In this document: positions 60,479 through 64,000 of the stretch, one piece after another
Numbering within the stretch: position 1 is the first letter of the stretch
How the letters are laid out: each line of letters starts with the position of its first letter
Assembly: GCA_902779945.1 (NCBI GenBank)
Contig: CACZDN010000003.1
Coordinates: 16,549 to 80,548, forward strand
Source of the DNA: Oscillospiraceae bacterium
Lineage (GTDB): Bacteria; Bacillota; Clostridia; Oscillospirales; Oscillospiraceae
Direction: 5' to 3'
DNA: 64,000 nucleotides
Made by a program: the position numbers and the translations under genes
Notes under the pieces: generated by a model
Seen by the model: only the letters and a program-made list of their open reading frames with translations
Databases searched by the model: none
What the model was told of the DNA's origin: nothing

Positions 60479-61410
60479 GCGCGCCGGTCGTCGGCCGCTT
60501 CGCGCCGAGCCCTTCGGGCTATATGCACCTCGGAAACCTGCTGGCGATGCTGCTGGCGTGGCTGGACTGCCGTTCTCTCGGCGGGGAGATGGTCTTTCGC
60601 ATGGAGGACCTGGACCCCGCCCGCTCAAAGCCGGTCTATGCCGAGGCGATGGCAGCCGACCTGCGCTGGCTGGGCCTGGACTGGGACCGCGGCTGGCCGG
60701 AGGACCCGTCTTACGCCCAGTCAAAGCGCACGGCGCTGTATGAGGAGGCCTTTCGGACGCTCAAAGCGCGGGGCCTCGTCTACCCCTGCTTCTGCCGCAG
60801 GAGCGAGCGGCTGGCCGCGGCCTCGGCCCCCCACCCCGGGGAGCGCGAGCAGGACGGCGGCTGCCGCTGCAAAGAGCTGACGCAGACGGAGCGCGCCGCG
60901 CTGGAGGCCGCCGGCAGGCGAAGCGCCTGGAAGCTCAAAAGCCCGGACGTGGAGATCACGGTTTCGGACGGGCATTACGGCGCGTTCCCGCAGAACCCCG
61001 CGCGGGACGTGGGGGACTTCATCGTCCGCCGGGCCGACGGGGTGTACGCCTACCAGCTGGCCGTGAGCGTGGACGACATGGCCATGGGCGTGACGCGCGT
61101 GGTGCGCGGGCGGGATCTGCTCTCCTCCGCGCCGCGGCAGAAATGGCTCATCGAAACGCTGGGCGGCGCGGCCCCGGACTACTGCCACTGCCCGCTGCTG
61201 ACGGGCGGCGCCGCCAAGCTCTCCAAGCGCCTCGGCAGTCTCAGTACCGAGACGCTGCGCCGCGAATACCGGGGCGAGGAGGTCGCGGGCCGCCTTGCCC
61301 ATCTCTGCGGCCTTATCGACCGGGAGGAGCCCGTCGCTCCCCGGGAGCTGATCGAGGAGTTCTGCTGGGACAAAATCACCCGCACTGACATTATGATAGA
61401 ACAGAGGTGA
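60475..61410 (+). CDS. gluQ: tRNA glutamyl-Q(34) synthetase (truncated GluRS paralog)
   Basis: GRFAPSPSGYMHLGN, Cys-rich CFC..C.C, VVRG.DL and KLSKR. ATGA overlap with GH13. Confidence 0.85.
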   Translation: MSAPVVGRFAPSPSGYMHLGNLLAMLLAWLDCRSLGGEMVFRMEDLDPARSKPVYAEAMAADLRWLGLDWDRGWPEDPSYAQSKRTALYEEAFRTLKARGLVYPCFCRRSERLAAASAPHPGEREQDGGCRCKELTQTERAALEAAGRRSAWKLKSPDVEITVSDGHYGAFPQNPARDVGDFIVRRADGVYAYQLAVSVDDMAMGVTRVVRGRDLLSSAPRQKWLIETLGGAAPDYCHCPLLTGGAAKLSKRLGSLSTETLRREYRGEEVAGRLAHLCGLIDREEPVAPRELIEEFCWDKITRTDIMIEQR

Positions 61411-61415
61411 ACAAA

Positions 61416-62465
61416 ATGGACGAGGTTTTATGCCGGTTTCTGTTTGAGGGAAAGCCCCTCTCCTGCGCGCGCTACGGGGAAGGTCACATCAACCGCACCT
61501 TCCTTGTCGTGACGGACAGCGGGCGGCGCTACATCCTCCAGCGCCTGAGCCGCGCCGCCTTTCACGACATCCCGGCCCTGATGCGCAACGTCGCCGCGGT
61601 GACGGCCTTTCTCGCGGAGCGCAGCAGCGATCCGCGCGCCAGCCTGCACCTCGTCCCCACGGTCGATGGCGCGCTCTGGCACCGGGACGCCGAGGGGGAA
61701 TACTGGCGCGTGTACGATTTCATCGAGGACAGCCTCTGCCTCCAGCTGCCCGAGACGCCGGAGGACCTGTATCAGAGCGGCGTCGCCTTCGGGAGCTTTC
61801 AGCGTCTTCTGCACGACTTCCCGGCGGAGACCCTCAGCGAGACCATCCCCAACTTCCACAACACGCCCGACCGCTACCGCATCTTCCGCGAGACGCTGCG
61901 CACCGACCCCCTGGGCCGCGCGGCCTCGGTACAGCGGGAGATCGACTTCGCGCTCGCGCATGAGGCGGAGGCGGGCACGCTGCTCGAGATGTACGCGCGG
62001 GGTGAGCTGCCCCTCCGCGTGACGCACAACGACACCAAGCTCAACAATGTCATGCTGGATGCGAAGACCCGCCGGGCGCTCTGCGTCATCGACCTTGACA
62101 CCGTGATGCCGGGGCTCGTGGCCTACGATTTCGGCGACTCGATCCGCTTCGGGGCCTCAACTGCCGCGGAGGATGAGCGGGACCTGGACCGGGTCCGGCT
62201 GGATCTGAAGCTCTACCGCCGCTTTGCCGAGGGCTTCATCCCAGCCTGCGGGGCGCTGACCGGGGCGGAGCGCGAGACCCTGCCCCTCGGCGCGAAGCTC
62301 ATGACCCTCGAGTGCGGCCTGCGCTTTCTCACCGACTATCTGGACGGCGACCGCTATTTCTCCGTCGCCCGCCCCGGCCACAACCTCGACCGCGCCCGCA
62401 CGCAGATGAAGCTGGTGCAGGAGACGGAGCGGCACTGGGATGAGATCCGGGAGATCATACGATAA
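61416..62465 (+). CDS. nahK: N-acetylhexosamine 1-kinase-like APH-family kinase
   Basis: YGEGHINRTFLV, RVTHNDTKLNNVMLD, IDLDTVMPG..YDFGDSIRFGAST and ECGLRFLTDYL. ATG at 61416 (alternative GTG at 61407). Confidence 0.8.
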   Translation: MDEVLCRFLFEGKPLSCARYGEGHINRTFLVVTDSGRRYILQRLSRAAFHDIPALMRNVAAVTAFLAERSSDPRASLHLVPTVDGALWHRDAEGEYWRVYDFIEDSLCLQLPETPEDLYQSGVAFGSFQRLLHDFPAETLSETIPNFHNTPDRYRIFRETLRTDPLGRAASVQREIDFALAHEAEAGTLLEMYARGELPLRVTHNDTKLNNVMLDAKTRRALCVIDLDTVMPGLVAYDFGDSIRFGASTAAEDERDLDRVRLDLKLYRRFAEGFIPACGALTGAERETLPLGAKLMTLECGLRFLTDYLDGDRYFSVARPGHNLDRARTQMKLVQETERHWDEIREIIR

Positions 62466-62476
62466 ATATGATATGC

Positions 62477-62506
62477 AAAACGGCACGGTCTCCCGTGCCG
62501 TTTTTG
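62477..62506 (+). terminator. Rho-independent terminator
   Basis: Stem aaaacggcacgg / ccgtgccgtttt, 4-nt loop, T-run. Confidence 0.8.
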
Positions 62507-62628
62507 CTCAGTCTGTCAAAAAAGTCCTTGACAGTCTTTCTGTCAAGCTTATCCGCCGCGCCCGGCCGTTCCGCCGTCCGGCTGTCCCTTCCATACCCGC
62601 TGCCCGGACGCTGACAGCGCCTATCTGT

Positions 62629-63201
62629 TCACCTGTTCTGCAGAAGCATGAAAACCATGCAGACGGCAAGGCTTCCCGACAACATGGCCGCAAGCGAAAT
62701 CGGCCAATTTCCGCCCTTGTTGAAGCCATAGAAGTCCTCCCATCGTTCTCCCTCCGGTGCGAGGATCACCCTGTATAAATACAGGACAGCGTAGAGCAGC
62801 ACCGGCAAAACGCCAAGCAGCGCGATTCTGACCGTCATGTCCTGCTTTTCAAAGCGGAGGAAGGACAGGATCGCCAGCAGCGGCGTTATCAGATGCATAA
62901 ACAGCTCCCTGCCCGTCAGCAACACTTTATATCCCATATTGGGGCCGAGGAACAGGAAAACCGTCAGCATCGTCACCGTTACCGCGGCGGTCCCTGTGTA
63001 TTTTAGCGCCCACACCCAGGGCTGTGACGGCGCCAGGCACATCAGGAGAGCAGCGACGGCGCAGAGCACATTGCTCTGCACCGTAAAATAGCGGAAAGCG
63101 GCCGCTCCTCTGCCCGGCTGCCAGGCCCCGTCCTTACGGAAGAGACACACAGTCAACACCAGCGTCAAGACAAATATAATCATGTTCAAAATAACGTCCA
63201 T
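62629..63201 (-). CDS. Pr6Pr-family membrane protein
   Basis: FRYFTVQSN motif and 6 TM helices. ATG at 63201. Confidence 0.75.
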   Translation of the reverse strand: MDVILNMIIFVLTLVLTVCLFRKDGAWQPGRGAAAFRYFTVQSNVLCAVAALLMCLAPSQPWVWALKYTGTAAVTVTMLTVFLFLGPNMGYKVLLTGRELFMHLITPLLAILSFLRFEKQDMTVRIALLGVLPVLLYAVLYLYRVILAPEGERWEDFYGFNKGGNWPISLAAMLSGSLAVCMVFMLLQNR

Positions 63202-63278
63202 GGCTTTCCCCCTGTGCCTTTGTCGGCATATAGCTTTTCGATTATACTGCACAACTGCCGCCCGTTCAATCGGTTTTC

Positions 63279-63419
63279 CTATAAAAGCTGACGCCTTTAC
63301 AGGCTTTTTGAGTGTGCGAAATCCTCGCCGCTGACGCGGCAGCCGGATTTCATGCGCATGTAAATCCCCGTGAATCAGCTTTTATTTATTGTGGCGAGGC
63401 TTGCCGCATGGGGATTTAC
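63279..63419. repeat. Family A structured intergenic repeat, copy 2 (141 bp)
   Basis: Aligns with 39998-40128. Carries an extra segment aatcagcttttattta, complementary to its own 5' end ataaaagctg. Confidence 0.8.
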
Positions 63420-63480
63420 TTGTGTTTGAGACACGAACTGTATATAATGACTACATCTGAAGCCGGGAGGTTGATGATTT

Positions 63481-64000
63481 ATGGTTTTATATTTCAGCGC
63501 CACGGGCAACACAAGATACATTGCCCGGGAGCTTGCACGGGCGCTCGATGACAGCGCGCTGGATCTGCGGGAGAAAATCCGCGATAAGGACTATTCCCCC
63601 ATCTGCTCGGAGAAGCCCTTCGTTGTGTGTGCACCGGTCTACGTCTGTGAGCCGCCCCGCTTTCTGGCCGCCTTTTTGCGCAAAACCGAGCTGCGCGGGA
63701 ATCGCGATCTGTATTTTGTCTTCAGCAGCGGCGGCTATTCGGGGATCAGCGCTTATCTGGGTCGGTGGCTTGCCAGGAAGCAGCATATGCGCTATAAAGG
63801 CAGCGCGGATTATACAATGCCCCGAAACTATATTGCAAACAACAGTTATCCGGAACTTAAGACAGAGGAGATTGAGAGAAGGATCCGTCTCGCGGATCAA
63901 AAGATTTCGGAGACGGCCGGGGCGATCCGCTCCGGAGAGCGGCTCAAATCGAGGCATATCTGGCTCTGGGAGCTTGCCGTTACCCTTCCCTTCAATCCCG
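63481..64000 (+). CDS. Flavodoxin-like protein, N-terminal part; 3' end outside window (not in ORF track)
   Basis: Own translation: MVLYFSATGNTRYIARELARAL...FVFSSGGYSG.., open to nt 64000. RBS GGGAGG 9 nt upstream. Confidence 0.7.
   Translation, partial: MVLYFSATGNTRYIARELARALDDSALDLREKIRDKDYSPICSEKPFVVCAPVYVCEPPRFLAAFLRKTELRGNRDLYFVFSSGGYSGISAYLGRWLARKQHMRYKGSADYTMPRNYIANNSYPELKTEEIERRIRLADQKISETAGAIRSGERLKSRHIWLWELAVTLPFNP

Overview
High-GC (about two-thirds G+C by eye) chromosomal segment from a Firmicutes/Clostridia-type bacterium. The lineage call rests on a Phe T-box leader, glgD, ireB, an ECF folT, a PrsA-like PPIase and GGAGG Shine-Dalgarno sites. I found no rRNA, tRNA, CRISPR array, transposase, integrase or recognisable phage or defence genes.

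Gene content, left to right:
- carA (partial), then a carB ORF fused in frame to a DapF-like domain.
- A GT39-type membrane glycosyltransferase, a PurN-like protein, a histidine-phosphatase/GNAT fusion and a metallophosphoesterase.
- Small membrane proteins (DUF1294, DUF378) and two adjacent secreted helical-repeat paralogs.
- A NifU-like plus GGGtGRT gene pair; the GGGtGRT gene is frameshifted.
- A ~13.4 kb minus-strand glycan locus (14354-27708).
- A PLP histidine-decarboxylase-like gene beside an AT-rich intergenic region.
- A MarR/FMN-binding operon and a YtrA-type GntR-ABC module.
- htrA, a GGDEF-EAL protein, ireB, and pheST with its T-box.
- tcdA, a PPIase, prfB, prs-pth, glgC-glgD-glgP and a PfkB kinase.
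- trxB, folT, and GH13-gluQ-nahK.
- A Pr6Pr membrane protein and a partial flavodoxin-like gene that is open at the 3' edge and absent from the ORF track.

Most long ORFs lying antisense to these genes are GC-driven shadow ORFs.

The most unusual signals are non-coding:
- Two families of ~130-150 bp multi-hairpin dispersed repeats, at 9647-9797/59018-59166 and 39998-40128/63279-63419, with hairpin-preserving substitutions between copies.
- A reused terminator sequence.
- A short GTCATCCTGAGCGAAGC-like intergenic motif.
- Many textbook TTGACA-17-TATAAT promoters, several with palindromic operator candidates.

All functional calls come from motif recognition by eye. No database search or computation was run.
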